From: Patescibacteria group bacterium
Lineage (GTDB): Bacteria; Patescibacteriota; Patescibacteriia; SG8-24
Assembly (NCBI GenBank): GCA_028714475.1
Contig: JAQTNC010000002.1
Coordinates: forward strand, 14,609 to 78,608
Direction: 5' to 3'
Length of the DNA stretch: 64,000 nucleotides
Within the stretch, counting starts at the first letter, position 1, and every line of letters starts with the position of its first letter. The notes under the pieces were generated by a model. That model saw nothing but the letters and a program-made list of their open reading frames with translations, searched no databases and had not been told where the DNA came from. Positions 27,230-37,792 of the stretch are shown piece by piece. Position numbers and translations under genes: made by a program.

Positions 27230-28519
27230 ATGCCTGAACAACATCGCCGCCGCAAGACCATCTGGCGTCGGCTTCTGTCAGCCATCGGCCCCGGGTTCGT
27301 GACCGGCGCCGCGGACGATGACCCGTCCGGCATCGGCACCTACGTCCAAACCGGGACGCTTTTTGGTTATTCCCAGCTTTGGTTGGCGTTCTTCACGACG
27401 CCGTTCATGGTCACGATCCAGGAGATGTGCGCCCGCATCGGCATGGTGAAAGGGCGCGGCTTGGCCTGCGTCATTCGCGAGCGGTTCGGGCGGAAAACGG
27501 TCGTTTTCGCCGCGACTCTTCTTCTGGTCGCGAACTCCGTCAACATCGGCGCGGATCTCGGGGCCATGGCCTCGACCATGCAGCTGCTCTGGAACCTGCC
27601 GTTCGCCTTCTGGCTCATCCTGTTCACGGCCGTCATCCTGCTTGTGGAGATTTTCGTTCTTTATCGCACCTATGCCAAATACCTGAAATGGTTGACCTTG
27701 TCGCTGTTGGCGTATGTCGTCGTGGCCTTCACCGTCAAGCAGGATTGGGGAGAAATCGTCGTCTCGACGCTCATTCCGAACGTGACCTTGTCAAAAGAGT
27801 ACCTGTTTAACCTGGTGGCCCTGCTCGGCACGACCATTTCTCCCTATCTCTTTTTTTGGCAGGCCAGTGAAGAGGTTGAAGAAGAGATTGTTAGCAACAA
27901 GCTCACGGACATGAACGATGGGGAACCGGACGTCACGAAGGAAGACGTCAGGCAGATGCGATGGGACACGACGGCGGGCATGATCTTCTCGAACGTGATG
28001 ACTTTCTTCATCATCGTCTGCGCCGCCTCGACCTTGGGAAAGGCTGGCCTGACCAACATCGGCACGGCCTCCGAGGCCGCCGAGGCGTTGCGACCGCTTG
28101 CCGGGGATTTCACCTACTGGCTATTCGCCCTCGGGATCCTTGGCACCGGTTTACTTGCCGTTCCCGTTCTGGCCGGCTCGGCGTCATATGCCGTTGCCGA
28201 AACGCTTGGCTGGCGTTCCGGCCTCTATCGTCGGCTCAAGGATGCGCATGGCTTCTATGGCGTCATTACCGTGGCCACCTTGTTCGGCTTGCTCGTCAAT
28301 TTCATGGCCATCCCGCCGTTTCAGCTGCTGTACTACACGGCGATCCTGAACGGCATGCTGGCGGCACCGCTCATGGTCATCATCCTCCTCATCGCCAATG
28401 ATCCCGAGGTGATGGGCCCATACCGCAATCGCCGCTGGTCAAACGTCTTTGGCTGGATTATCACTGGCATCATGGGCTTCTGTTCGTTGGCGCTGTTGGG
28501 TCAACTGATTTTTGGATAA
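27230..28519 (+). CDS. NRAMP-family divalent metal transporter
   Basis: GAADDDPSGI, GTTISPY, ~11 TM. Confidence 0.92.
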   Translation: MPEQHRRRKTIWRRLLSAIGPGFVTGAADDDPSGIGTYVQTGTLFGYSQLWLAFFTTPFMVTIQEMCARIGMVKGRGLACVIRERFGRKTVVFAATLLLVANSVNIGADLGAMASTMQLLWNLPFAFWLILFTAVILLVEIFVLYRTYAKYLKWLTLSLLAYVVVAFTVKQDWGEIVVSTLIPNVTLSKEYLFNLVALLGTTISPYLFFWQASEEVEEEIVSNKLTDMNDGEPDVTKEDVRQMRWDTTAGMIFSNVMTFFIIVCAASTLGKAGLTNIGTASEAAEALRPLAGDFTYWLFALGILGTGLLAVPVLAGSASYAVAETLGWRSGLYRRLKDAHGFYGVITVATLFGLLVNFMAIPPFQLLYYTAILNGMLAAPLMVIILLIANDPEVMGPYRNRRWSNVFGWIITGIMGFCSLALLGQLIFG

Positions 28520-28527
28520 CTGGCGGG

Positions 28528-30276
28528 TCACGCCAGCTTCAGCCACGCCTGTTCGCGGGCGGCCACTTCCTCCTCCAGCTCGGTGAGCCGACGTTGCTTG
28601 TCCGGCGCGTACTCGGTCGGGTTCTCGAAAAACCAGGCGAGCAGCCGGCTTTTTTCTTTTTCCAGCGCCTGCAGTTCGGCTTCTATCTTTTCCCGAGTGC
28701 GGCGTCGGGTGCGGGCTTCCCGGGCGGCCTCCTGACGGGCCGTGGCTTCGGGGTGCCCGTCGTCCGTTCCTGGCAGTTGTTCGGTTTCCGCCGCCAAGGC
28801 GGTTAGTTCGGCGACATAATCCTCGTAGTTTCCCGGATAAAGTCTGACCGCCCCGTTCCTTACTTCGTAAACGCGGTCCGCGAGCTGGCTCATGAAGGAG
28901 CGCGCATGCGAGACGACGATGACCGTGCCGGCGTAATCCTTGAGCGCCTTGGCGAGCGTGGCAACCGTCTCCGCGTCGAGGTGGTTGGTCGGTTCGTCGA
29001 GGATGAGCACGTTGTGTTCGCGCAAGGTGAGTTGGGCGATGCGTAGGCGCGCACGTTCACCTCCGGACAAAACGGCGCACGTTTTTTCCAGGTCATCATC
29101 GTGAAACAGAAAGGCTCCGGCCGCGGCCAACAGCTTTTCCGGCGTCGCCTCGGGCGGCGCGGCGCGGGTCAGGGCTTCCAACACGGTCTCGTTCGGCGCG
29201 AGCGCCTCATTCGACAGCTGCGAAAAATAGCCGAGGTCGGCGCGGTGCCACCATTTGACTTCGCCCGAGAGCGGCGCCAGCAGGCCGGCCAGCGTCTTCA
29301 GCAGGGTCGTCTTGCCGCGTCCGTTCTCGCCGACGATGGCCGCCTTGCAGCCGCGCGGGACCTCAAGGTCGATGTCCTTGGCGACCACGGCTTGGCCGTA
29401 GCCGATGGTGAGGTTGAGGCAGCGCACCGCTGTTCCGGCAGGCACGGGCGGACAGGCGATACGGAAAGCCGCCGTTGCGGCGCCCGCTCCCGTTTCCAGC
29501 AGTTGCCGCCGCAGTTTGGCGACATGTTTGAGCTTGCTTTGGGCGCGGCTCGCGAGCGAGGCCTTGGCGCGGAAACGGTCGGCGAAAGCCTGGGCCTGGA
29601 CCATCTCGCGGCGCAAACGCTTGTTGGTACGCTGAACATATTCTTCCTGTTCGTTGCGCCACGCCTCGTAAGAGGCAGGGTCGCCGGCGTAGGTCGTTAG
29701 CCGGCCATTGGCAATCTCCCAAGTGGTGGTGCAGAGGTCCTGCAGAACCGAACGGTCGTGAGAAACGATGATGAAGGCGCCGTTAAAGTGCTTCAGGAAC
29801 GATTCCAGCATGAGCAGGGTCGTCAGGTCCAGGTAATTGACCGGCTCGTCGAGTAGCAACAGGTGGGGATCGGTGAGGAGCATCCGCACCAGCTTGACGC
29901 GCATCTGGTATCCGCCGGACAAGGCGGCGGGCGGACGACCCAACTCCTCGCCCTTGAGACCGAAGCGCGCCGCGAGCCGTTCGCATTCCCACTCGGCGCG
30001 GCCCGTCGTGGCCAAATAGGCGAGCGTGGAAACGTCAGCAGGCAGATTTTCATCTTGGGCGACGGTACCCAAACGCACGCCGGACATGAGCCTGACTACG
30101 CCGTCGTCGGCCTTCTCCTGGCCCGCCAACAGGCGCAAGAGGGTGGTCTTGCCGCTGCCGTTGCGGCCAATCAGGGCGATGCGCGACCGATCAGGTATCG
30201 CGAAAGAAAGTCCGTCCAGCACGGTTTGGCGGCCGTAGGTTTTATTCAGTTTTTCCGCGATGACAAGGGTGCGCAT
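28528..30276 (-). CDS. ABC-F family ATPase
   Basis: Two ABC cassettes (GRNGSGKT, LSGG, LDEP; GENGRGKT, LSGGE, DEPTNHLD), no TM. Confidence 0.93.
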   Translation of the reverse strand: MRTLVIAEKLNKTYGRQTVLDGLSFAIPDRSRIALIGRNGSGKTTLLRLLAGQEKADDGVVRLMSGVRLGTVAQDENLPADVSTLAYLATTGRAEWECERLAARFGLKGEELGRPPAALSGGYQMRVKLVRMLLTDPHLLLLDEPVNYLDLTTLLMLESFLKHFNGAFIIVSHDRSVLQDLCTTTWEIANGRLTTYAGDPASYEAWRNEQEEYVQRTNKRLRREMVQAQAFADRFRAKASLASRAQSKLKHVAKLRRQLLETGAGAATAAFRIACPPVPAGTAVRCLNLTIGYGQAVVAKDIDLEVPRGCKAAIVGENGRGKTTLLKTLAGLLAPLSGEVKWWHRADLGYFSQLSNEALAPNETVLEALTRAAPPEATPEKLLAAAGAFLFHDDDLEKTCAVLSGGERARLRIAQLTLREHNVLILDEPTNHLDAETVATLAKALKDYAGTVIVVSHARSFMSQLADRVYEVRNGAVRLYPGNYEDYVAELTALAAETEQLPGTDDGHPEATARQEAAREARTRRRTREKIEAELQALEKEKSRLLAWFFENPTEYAPDKQRRLTELEEEVAAREQAWLKLA

Positions 30277-30328
30277 GTGGGCAGGTTCGTTGAACGTCCG
30301 ACCGGCATAACCGTGGTATAATTAACAC

Positions 30329-30862
30329 ATGAAAGCATATCATATGAACAATCCGCCAGCCCGTCATGACCACAGCCAACGACGCGGCTTCACGCTCGTC
30401 GAGTTGCTCGTCGTCATCGGCATCATCGGAATCTTGGCGACCGTGGTTGCGGTCGCTGCCGGCGGTGCCCTTCAGAAGGGGCGTGATGCCAAGCGGAAAG
30501 CGGACTTGGCGCTGGTCGGACGTTTCCTGACCGGCGGCACGTGTTATGTGCCGGATGCCGGCCCGGGCGATTATGATTTCGGTCAAATCGTGAATGAGGT
30601 GCTAAATAAGAACCCGCAGTACCGAACGATGCTTTTGAAGGTGCCCCGCGACCCGCGGCTTGGCACGGCGGAAGATTCCCATTATCGGTATGCCGTTTCC
30701 GCGGCAGGCAAGTGCGCCGTTTACGCCAACTTGGAAAACGCCAAGGAGCCTGTCACCGTACCGGGGCTAACGGCGCCGACGCCCGGCGGCGGCACCGGCG
30801 TTCTTCAGGCGGCCGTCAAAGGCGAAAACAACACGGACCGGTTTTTTGAGGTGACAAATTAG
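30329..30862 (+). CDS. Type IV pilin/pseudopilin-like protein
   Basis: [10 protein letters not shown]; TGGTATAAT ends 6 bp before the first ATG. Confidence 0.9.
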   Translation: MKAYHMNNPPARHDHSQRRGFTLVELLVVIGIIGILATVVAVAAGGALQKGRDAKRKADLALVGRFLTGGTCYVPDAGPGDYDFGQIVNEVLNKNPQYRTMLLKVPRDPRLGTAEDSHYRYAVSAAGKCAVYANLENAKEPVTVPGLTAPTPGGGTGVLQAAVKGENNTDRFFEVTN

Positions 30863-31005
30863 AGCCGAGCGAGTCAAAAACAGAATTATTTCGTCTTCAG
30901 ATGCGTATTACTGAACGAGCTAGGTATCGATAATTTTGTTTACTATTTATATCGCTAAAATTAGCCAATATTCCTCTGGCTTGAGCCCATCTCCGCGAAT
31001 GCCAT

Positions 31006-32808
31006 ATGAACCAGCCTCTCAAGACAATTCTCATTCGGATTATAATCGCGCTTATTGTCGTCGGCGGCGTGGCAGGTGGCTATCTGTATTACCGCCAGAA
31101 GCAGCAGCAAGCTGCGGTCGTCAAATACGTGCTCGGCCAGGTCGAAAAAGGGACCCTGGTCGTTTCGGTTTCCGGTAGCGGGCAGGTGGCCGCGTCTTCG
31201 CAGGTGGACTTGAAACCGAAGGTCTCCGGCGAAGTGCTGTCGGTGAAGGTCAAGGAAGGGGATGAGGTTAAGTCTGGTGCGGTCATCGCCACGATTGACG
31301 ACAGCGATGCCCGGAAGACGGTCCGTGACGCCCAGACTTCCTTGCAAAGCGCCGAGCTGTCACTCGAGAAGCTCCGCAAGGCCGCTGACCCGTCGTCGAT
31401 CACGCAGGCGGAAAACGCCCTGACGCAAGCCAACGAGAACAAGCAGAAGGCGCAGGACGATTTGGCCAAGGCTTATGACGACGGCTATACGGCCGTGGCT
31501 GACGCCTTCATCCAGTTGCCGAAGGTAGTGTCCGGCCTCGACGGCATTTTGCACAACAACGACATCGACCCATCGTCTGACAACATTGATTATTACACTG
31601 ATGGGGCTTATCGCTACGACACGGCGGCTCATGACTACCGCGATATAACCAACGCGGCCTATCTTAAGGCCAAGGCGTCCTTTGATGCCGCGTTTGAAAA
31701 ATACCAAGGCACCACCCGCGCTGCCGATACGGCGACGATCGAAGCCTTGGTCACCCAGACTTACGACGCGGCGCAGGACATCTCTGATGCGCTCAAGGCG
31801 GCTCATAACCTCATCACCTTTTATCAGGATACGCTGTCCGGACGGCTGTTGCGGGTTTCCCCTTATGCCACGACGCATCTCAACAGCCTGGAGTCGTACA
31901 CCAGCCAAGTCGACAGTCAACTGACGACATTGCTTAACCAGATGTCTTCCTTCCGAGACGCCAAAACGGCGATTACCGCGTCTGATCGCTCGATTCAGGA
32001 GAAGACCAATGCGCTGAACGACCTGAAGGCCGGCGCTGACCAGCTGGATATCCAGTCACAGGAACTGTCGGTTCAGCAAAAACGTTTCGCGCTTGCGGAC
32101 GCCCAAGCCAAGCTGGCTGATTACGTGGTGCGGGCGCCGTTTGACGGCGTGGTAGCGGTGTTGAGCGTCACGAAAGGGGACGATGTCTCGAGCGGCACGG
32201 CCATGGCAACCTTGCTGGCGCACGGCTCGATGGTTGAGGTCCCGTTCAACGAGGTGGACATCGCTGCCATTAAGGTCGGACAGAAAGCAACGTTGTCCCT
32301 TGATGCTTATCCTGATTTGGCTTTGACCGGCAGCGTCTCGGAAGTTGAAACCATCGGCACGGTGACGCAGGGCGTGGTCAACTACACGGTCAAGATTGCT
32401 ATCAACAGCGAGGAAGAAGGCGTCAAACCGGGCATGAGCGTGACGGCCGCCGTCATCACCGATGTCCAGTCCGACGTGTTGCTCGTGCCCAACGCCGCCA
32501 TCAAGACAAAAAATGGGGTTTCGACTGTCGCCTTCGTGTCGAGCATTTCAGCGGATGATTCACGCATCGGGGACACGCAGGGCGTGGAGTTGGCCGTACC
32601 GCCCATCTTCCAGGAGGTCACTATCGGGTCGGCTGACGACACCAACACGGTCATCAAGTCCGGGTTGTCGGAGGGTCAGGTCATCGTCGTCAGAACCATC
32701 AGTTCGGCCGCGACATCAAGTACGTCCTCCACGTCCAAAAGCAACGGAAACAGCGGTTTCGGCATCATGGGCGGTATAACAGGGGGAGGCGGGCCACCTA
32801 GTCGTTGA
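31006..32808 (+). CDS. Efflux periplasmic adaptor (MacA/HlyD-like) with long coiled coil
   Basis: N-terminal TM, lipoyl halves (VKEGDEVKSG; RAPFDGVV), KPGMS. Confidence 0.9.
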   Translation: MNQPLKTILIRIIIALIVVGGVAGGYLYYRQKQQQAAVVKYVLGQVEKGTLVVSVSGSGQVAASSQVDLKPKVSGEVLSVKVKEGDEVKSGAVIATIDDSDARKTVRDAQTSLQSAELSLEKLRKAADPSSITQAENALTQANENKQKAQDDLAKAYDDGYTAVADAFIQLPKVVSGLDGILHNNDIDPSSDNIDYYTDGAYRYDTAAHDYRDITNAAYLKAKASFDAAFEKYQGTTRAADTATIEALVTQTYDAAQDISDALKAAHNLITFYQDTLSGRLLRVSPYATTHLNSLESYTSQVDSQLTTLLNQMSSFRDAKTAITASDRSIQEKTNALNDLKAGADQLDIQSQELSVQQKRFALADAQAKLADYVVRAPFDGVVAVLSVTKGDDVSSGTAMATLLAHGSMVEVPFNEVDIAAIKVGQKATLSLDAYPDLALTGSVSEVETIGTVTQGVVNYTVKIAINSEEEGVKPGMSVTAAVITDVQSDVLLVPNAAIKTKNGVSTVAFVSSISADDSRIGDTQGVELAVPPIFQEVTIGSADDTNTVIKSGLSEGQVIVVRTISSAATSSTSSTSKSNGNSGFGIMGGITGGGGPPSR

Positions 32809-32811
32809 CGT

Positions 32812-33528
32812 ATGTTGGAAACCAATAACGTAACGAAAATCTATAAAACAGGCGGCGAGGAAACATTCGCCCTCAAGGACGTCACCTTCACGGTTAAGGA
32901 CGGGGAATTCGTGGCCATCATGGGCTTCTCTGGTTCGGGAAAATCCACGCTCATGCACATCTTGGGCTGTCTCGACCGTCCGACTTCGGGAACGTATAAG
33001 CTCGACGGCACCGATGTGTCGGAATTGTCCGATGACGATTTAGCGGCCATCCGTCGCGACCGCATCGGCTTCGTCTTCCAAAGCTACAATCTCTTGCCGC
33101 GCGCCTCGGTCATGCGCAATGTCACCCTGCCACTCATCTATTCACGGCGTCCGCGCGCCGATCGTGAACAGCGAGCCGCCGATGCCTTGCGCGCCGTCGG
33201 CCTGCCGGAAGACCGCTGGAACCACCGGTCTAATCAACTGTCGGGCGGACAGATGCAGCGCGTCGCCATCGCCCGGGCGCTGGTTAACGACCCGTCGCTG
33301 ATCCTGGCCGACGAACCGACCGGAAACCTCGATACGCAGACCGGCGAAATCGTGCTGGATACTTTCCAGAGGTTGAATCGCGCCCGCGGTCGCACCGTCA
33401 TGCTGATCACCCATGAGCGGGACGTGGCCGAACACGCTGACCGCATCATCACCCTTCGTGACGGAAAAATCATCGGTGACAAGGCTAACCCCAACCCCCG
33501 TCACGCCGACCAATATGATGTTCAATGA
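32812..33528 (+). CDS. ABC transporter ATP-binding subunit (MacB/LolD-like)
   Basis: GFSGSGKST, LSGGQMQR, ADEPTGNLD. Confidence 0.95.
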   Translation: MLETNNVTKIYKTGGEETFALKDVTFTVKDGEFVAIMGFSGSGKSTLMHILGCLDRPTSGTYKLDGTDVSELSDDDLAAIRRDRIGFVFQSYNLLPRASVMRNVTLPLIYSRRPRADREQRAADALRAVGLPEDRWNHRSNQLSGGQMQRVAIARALVNDPSLILADEPTGNLDTQTGEIVLDTFQRLNRARGRTVMLITHERDVAEHADRIITLRDGKIIGDKANPNPRHADQYDVQ

Positions 33529-34738
33529 CCTGATGCATGAGACCTACGCGGCTCTCACCGTAAACCTGGTGCGTTCCGGCCTGACGGTGCTCGGCATCGT
33601 CATCGGCATCGGTTCGGTCATAGCGATGTTGGCGATCGGGCAGGGAGCCAGGGGTTCCATCGAGTCGTCCATCCAGTCAATCGGTTCCAACCTGCTCATC
33701 GTCATGCCGGGCTTCCAGCGCGGCGTCGGCCAGCAGGTGAGTTCCGGCCGCGGCAGCGCCCAGACGCTGACGATGGAGGACGCTGAAGCCATCAGCCAAC
33801 AGGTGACCGGGGTGTTGGCCGTCGCACCCGATTTGTCGCGTCGCTACCAGCTTACGGCCAGCGGCACGAACACGAACGTGTCGGTCATAGGCACCGTTCC
33901 GGCATATCTGGATGTTCGCAATCTGCAGGTGGACACGGGGTCGTTTATTACCGAGTCGCAAAACGATTCCGCCGCTAAAGTCGTGGTTCTCGGGCCAACG
34001 ACCCGCGATGACCTGTTTGGCGAAGGCGAGGATACGGTCGGCAAGTCCGTCCGCGTCAACCGCATCGAGTTCAAGGTGATCGGCGTCACCGTGTCGAAAG
34101 GCGGATCGGGCATGACTAACCAAGACGATCAGGTTTACGTGCCCATCGCGACAGCCCAGCGCTACTTGGCGGGGCAGAAATACGTTTCAACCATCAGCGT
34201 TCAGGCGGAAACCGCCGAGGTGATGACGGATGTCCAGGAGCAAATCACCAACCTGCTGCTCGATCGGCATAATATTTCCGACGCGACGCAGGCTGACTTC
34301 AACGTCATGAACCAGACGGACATCGTCGCCGCTGCCTCGTCCGTTACCGAAACCTTCACGATGCTGCTGGCCGCCATCGCCAGCATCTCGCTCATCGTCG
34401 GCGGCATCGGCATCATGAACATGATGCTGACGACGGTCACAGAGAGGACGCGGGAAATCGGCCTGCGCAAGGCCATAGGCGCCCGCCGTCGCGACATCAG
34501 CGCGCAGTTCCTAGTGGAAACGCTGATGCTGACCTTTCTGGGCGGATTCATCGGCATTCTGGCCGGTTGGGCCGGCGCGGTGATCATCGGCAAGCTGGCC
34601 AGCACCGCAACCTCCGTCACGAGCCAGTCCGTGTTGCTGGCGTTCGGCGTCTCTGCCGTGATCGGCATCGTCTTTGGCTATTACCCGGCTCGACGAGCGT
34701 CCCGCCTCGATCCGATCACGGCCCTTCGTTATGAATAA
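33515..34738 (+). CDS. ABC transporter permease (MacB/FtsX-like)
   Basis: LTVLGIVIGI, GGIGIMN...VTERTREIG, DPITALRYE. Confidence 0.95.
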   Translation: MMFNDLMHETYAALTVNLVRSGLTVLGIVIGIGSVIAMLAIGQGARGSIESSIQSIGSNLLIVMPGFQRGVGQQVSSGRGSAQTLTMEDAEAISQQVTGVLAVAPDLSRRYQLTASGTNTNVSVIGTVPAYLDVRNLQVDTGSFITESQNDSAAKVVVLGPTTRDDLFGEGEDTVGKSVRVNRIEFKVIGVTVSKGGSGMTNQDDQVYVPIATAQRYLAGQKYVSTISVQAETAEVMTDVQEQITNLLLDRHNISDATQADFNVMNQTDIVAAASSVTETFTMLLAAIASISLIVGGIGIMNMMLTTVTERTREIGLRKAIGARRRDISAQFLVETLMLTFLGGFIGILAGWAGAVIIGKLASTATSVTSQSVLLAFGVSAVIGIVFGYYPARRASRLDPITALRYE

Positions 34739-34777
34739 CTCCCTTCATAATTAACGCGAGCATTTATTGGCCAATCT

Positions 34778-35272
34778 ATGTCAAAAGCCATGACCAAACA
34801 GATAGTCATCATCGCCGCGGTCGCGGTCGTCGCCTTTGGCGCCGGCATCGGGGCCGATCGGCTCATGAAAGGAAACCAGCCTAACCCACGCCTTGCCAGC
34901 GGACAATTCGGAGCGCAAGGCCAACGCGATGGCAACGGCGGCACGAGCATGCGCCAGCGCTTCGGTAACGGCGGCATGATTGCCGGGGAAATCACGGCCA
35001 ACGACGGTCAATCGCTCACCGTCAAGACCCGCGACGGAGGCAGCCGCATCGTCATTCTCCCGACCACCGTCAAGGTCGGTAAGTCAGTTGATGCCACCTT
35101 GGAAGACCTGACCGTCGGCGCCGCCGTCACCGTCGTCGGTTCCTCGAACCAGGACGGCAGCGTGACCGCGGAAAACGTCCAAATCGGCACGGGGTTCCAG
35201 TTACGCGGACCAGCGGGGCAGCCACCGAGTACCGCGCCAAGCGACGAACAGCCAACGCCGCCGGTTCGATAA
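34778..35272 (+). CDS. Exported OB-fold-like hypothetical protein in exporter operon
   Basis: N-terminal TM, Gly-rich linker, DL.VG..V.V.G...DGSVTA. Confidence 0.75.
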   Translation: MSKAMTKQIVIIAAVAVVAFGAGIGADRLMKGNQPNPRLASGQFGAQGQRDGNGGTSMRQRFGNGGMIAGEITANDGQSLTVKTRDGGSRIVILPTTVKVGKSVDATLEDLTVGAAVTVVGSSNQDGSVTAENVQIGTGFQLRGPAGQPPSTAPSDEQPTPPVR

Positions 35273-35284
35273 TTGTTTCTGCCA

Positions 35285-35316
35285 AAAAGCCGGTCGACGC
35301 AAATCGACCGGCTTTT
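35285..35316. terminator. Intrinsic terminator
   Basis: aaaagccggtcga...tcgaccggctttt. Confidence 0.8.
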
Positions 35317-35404
35317 GAGTAGTCCGAGCCAATTCGCTTGTGTCTGCCCGACAAGCGGCGTAATATGCGGTCATCGAGTAACATAAGGGTGTCATGAGTC
35401 CAGT

Positions 35405-35971
35405 ATGGGATCAAAGGAAACGCGAAAGAAAAAACCTTCCAAGCGCGCGACCCACAATCAGCCGACGGCGGTCATTAGGCTCAAGACCGACGAGTACCGG
35501 CGGCTTTTGGAGATGGTGTTTTGCGGCAACTGGCTCATCAATTCGTGGCGCGATGATGGCGAGACGCTGGCAGAATACGACGAACTGGAGGATCGCTTGC
35601 TTTCATACGCAGCCGAAGCCGGCTTGCCCGAAGCGGCCGAGTTGGACAAGCAGAGCGGCCAACGCCTGTTTTCGCGCGCTTTCGAGAAGGCCGTCCACGA
35701 TCGGTTCATTCCGGATTTCGAGAACGAGGTTTTTTGGGGCGAGCTGTCCCAGCGGCTGGCTTGGCGGGATCTCGAAAGGTTGTTCGGCGCCGACGGCCTG
35801 ACCCGCATGGGTTCGCGGGAGCGCGAGTCCGCCATCGAGCGTTTCGAGGACCGATACTGGCAGGAATTCGACACTCACGGCCTCGACCACCTCATCGTGA
35901 CGGCGGTGGACGAGCCGCAGGGCACCTCCATGAAACGTGCGTGGCCAAAGGGAAAAGAAGCGGAAGCATGA
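35405..35971 (+). CDS. Hypothetical acidic protein
   Basis: 188 aa ORF, terminator at ~35985-36006. Confidence 0.75.
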   Translation: MGSKETRKKKPSKRATHNQPTAVIRLKTDEYRRLLEMVFCGNWLINSWRDDGETLAEYDELEDRLLSYAAEAGLPEAAELDKQSGQRLFSRAFEKAVHDRFIPDFENEVFWGELSQRLAWRDLERLFGADGLTRMGSRERESAIERFEDRYWQEFDTHGLDHLIVTAVDEPQGTSMKRAWPKGKEAEA

Positions 35972-36091
35972 CAAGATTCGGAAGCGGGCCGAAAGGCCCG
36001 TTTTTTCGTCTGGCGGCGGACAGCTGACCTGACCAGCCGCATTTCTCGCTACATGGTATAATTCAACAACTAGACTTTAAGCGCATAAAAT

Positions 36092-37780
36092 ATGTCCGAC
36101 CTCGTCGAGGAGCTGAAAACCTTTCAGCAGATGCGTTCCACCCCGCAGTACGAACGTCTGCGCGCCAGGCCGGTGGCGTATTTCTGCGCCGAATATGCCT
36201 TCGAGGAAGAACAGCGGCGTTATGCCGGCGGGCTCGGCGTCTTGGCCGGGGATTTCGTGCGCGAAGCGGCCGACCGAGGCTTCCCGCTGGTCGCCGTCGG
36301 TCTCTATTACCGCGAGGGTTACGTTTGCGCGGCCAAGGAGGTGGCCGGACGCAGTGTTGAGATCTGCAGCGTCACACCGCCGTCGCAAGCCGGCTTCGAG
36401 CCGGTTCGTGACGCCGAAGGCAAGCGCCTGCATGTCAGTGTGCCGATTCATGACCGCGTGATCAAGGTGCGCGTATGGCAGAGGCGGCAGGGGAGCGTAA
36501 CCGTGTACATGCTCGACACCAACTGCGAGGAGAACACCCCTCACGACCGTGGCATCACGGATCGCCTTTACGACGACGACAAGGAAACGCGCTTCAAGCA
36601 GGAAATCGTCCTCGGCATCGGCGGGTTGCGGGCGCTCGAGGCACTGGGCATCCATCCGTCGCTTTATCACCTGAACGAGGGCCACTCGGCGCTTTTGGCG
36701 CTCGAGCTCATCTGGCACGAGATGCGCGAACGAAACCTCGGCTTTGACGAAGCCAAACAGTTCGCCCGCCGGCGCATCGTCCTCACCAACCATACCCTGC
36801 TGCCGGCCGGCAATGAGGTTTACGGGCAGGACCTGGCCGCCATGCTCCTCCAGCGATTCGCGCTGGAACTCGGCGTACCCACCCAAAAGCTCATCATGCT
36901 GGGCCTGGTCGAACAATCGCATGAGTTCTCCATGTCCATGTTGGCCTTCCGCCTGGCCACCGTCATCAATGCCGTCAGCCGCCTACATGCCCTGAAAGCC
37001 AAGGACATCTGGCCGGAGTACCCGATGGTGGCCGTGACCAACGGCGTCCATGTCCCGACCTGGGATCGCCTGGGCCAGGTCACCGCGCCAGCGGAGCTGT
37101 GGCAGAAACACCAAGCGTGCAAGACGGAACTGCTCGACCATATCGCCAAGACAACCAACCGCAAGTGGGGCCAGGGTGAGTTGCTGGTCGGATGGGCGAG
37201 ACGCATCGTGCGTTATAAACGGCCCATGGCGATAATCGAGGATGTCACCCGTTTTTCCGCGCTGGCTCGCCGCGCGGATCAGCCAATCCGCTTGGTGCTC
37301 TCCGGCCTCCCGCATCCCGGTGACGGCGACGGCAAGTGGCTCTTGGGCGAGATCAAACGACTAGTTGACGGCGAGCTTGCCGATGTTGCTTGTTACCTGC
37401 CGGATTATGATTTGAAGCTGGCGCGATTGCTCGTGTCCGGCTGTGACGTATGGCTGAATACGCCGATGGTCGGCTTTGAGGCCTGCGGCACGAGCGGCAT
37501 GAAGGCAGCCTTGAACGGCGTCTTGCCCATGAGCACCAAGGACGGCTGGGTGGACGAGGCGGAACTGAACGGCATCGGCTGGAACCTCAACAACGATCAT
37601 GTCGGCGCCGACACCCTGGATCGATTAGAGAAGGACATTACACCCCTTTACTACTCCCGCAATGCCGCCGGTCAGCCGGAGCTTTGGGCGGAACAGATGC
37701 GGCGCTGCCGCGAGATGATCATGAACCAGTTCACGGCGACGCGCATGTTGCGCGAATATGCCGAGACCTTATACCTTTGA
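36092..37780 (+). CDS. glgP: Alpha-glucan phosphorylase (short form)
   Basis: AYFCAEY, YAGGLGVLAGD, HLNEGH, EACGTSGMKAALNG. Confidence 0.95.
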   Translation: MSDLVEELKTFQQMRSTPQYERLRARPVAYFCAEYAFEEEQRRYAGGLGVLAGDFVREAADRGFPLVAVGLYYREGYVCAAKEVAGRSVEICSVTPPSQAGFEPVRDAEGKRLHVSVPIHDRVIKVRVWQRRQGSVTVYMLDTNCEENTPHDRGITDRLYDDDKETRFKQEIVLGIGGLRALEALGIHPSLYHLNEGHSALLALELIWHEMRERNLGFDEAKQFARRRIVLTNHTLLPAGNEVYGQDLAAMLLQRFALELGVPTQKLIMLGLVEQSHEFSMSMLAFRLATVINAVSRLHALKAKDIWPEYPMVAVTNGVHVPTWDRLGQVTAPAELWQKHQACKTELLDHIAKTTNRKWGQGELLVGWARRIVRYKRPMAIIEDVTRFSALARRADQPIRLVLSGLPHPGDGDGKWLLGEIKRLVDGELADVACYLPDYDLKLARLLVSGCDVWLNTPMVGFEACGTSGMKAALNGVLPMSTKDGWVDEAELNGIGWNLNNDHVGADTLDRLEKDITPLYYSRNAAGQPELWAEQMRRCREMIMNQFTATRMLREYAETLYL

Positions 37781-37792
37781 CGCGCAAACCTT

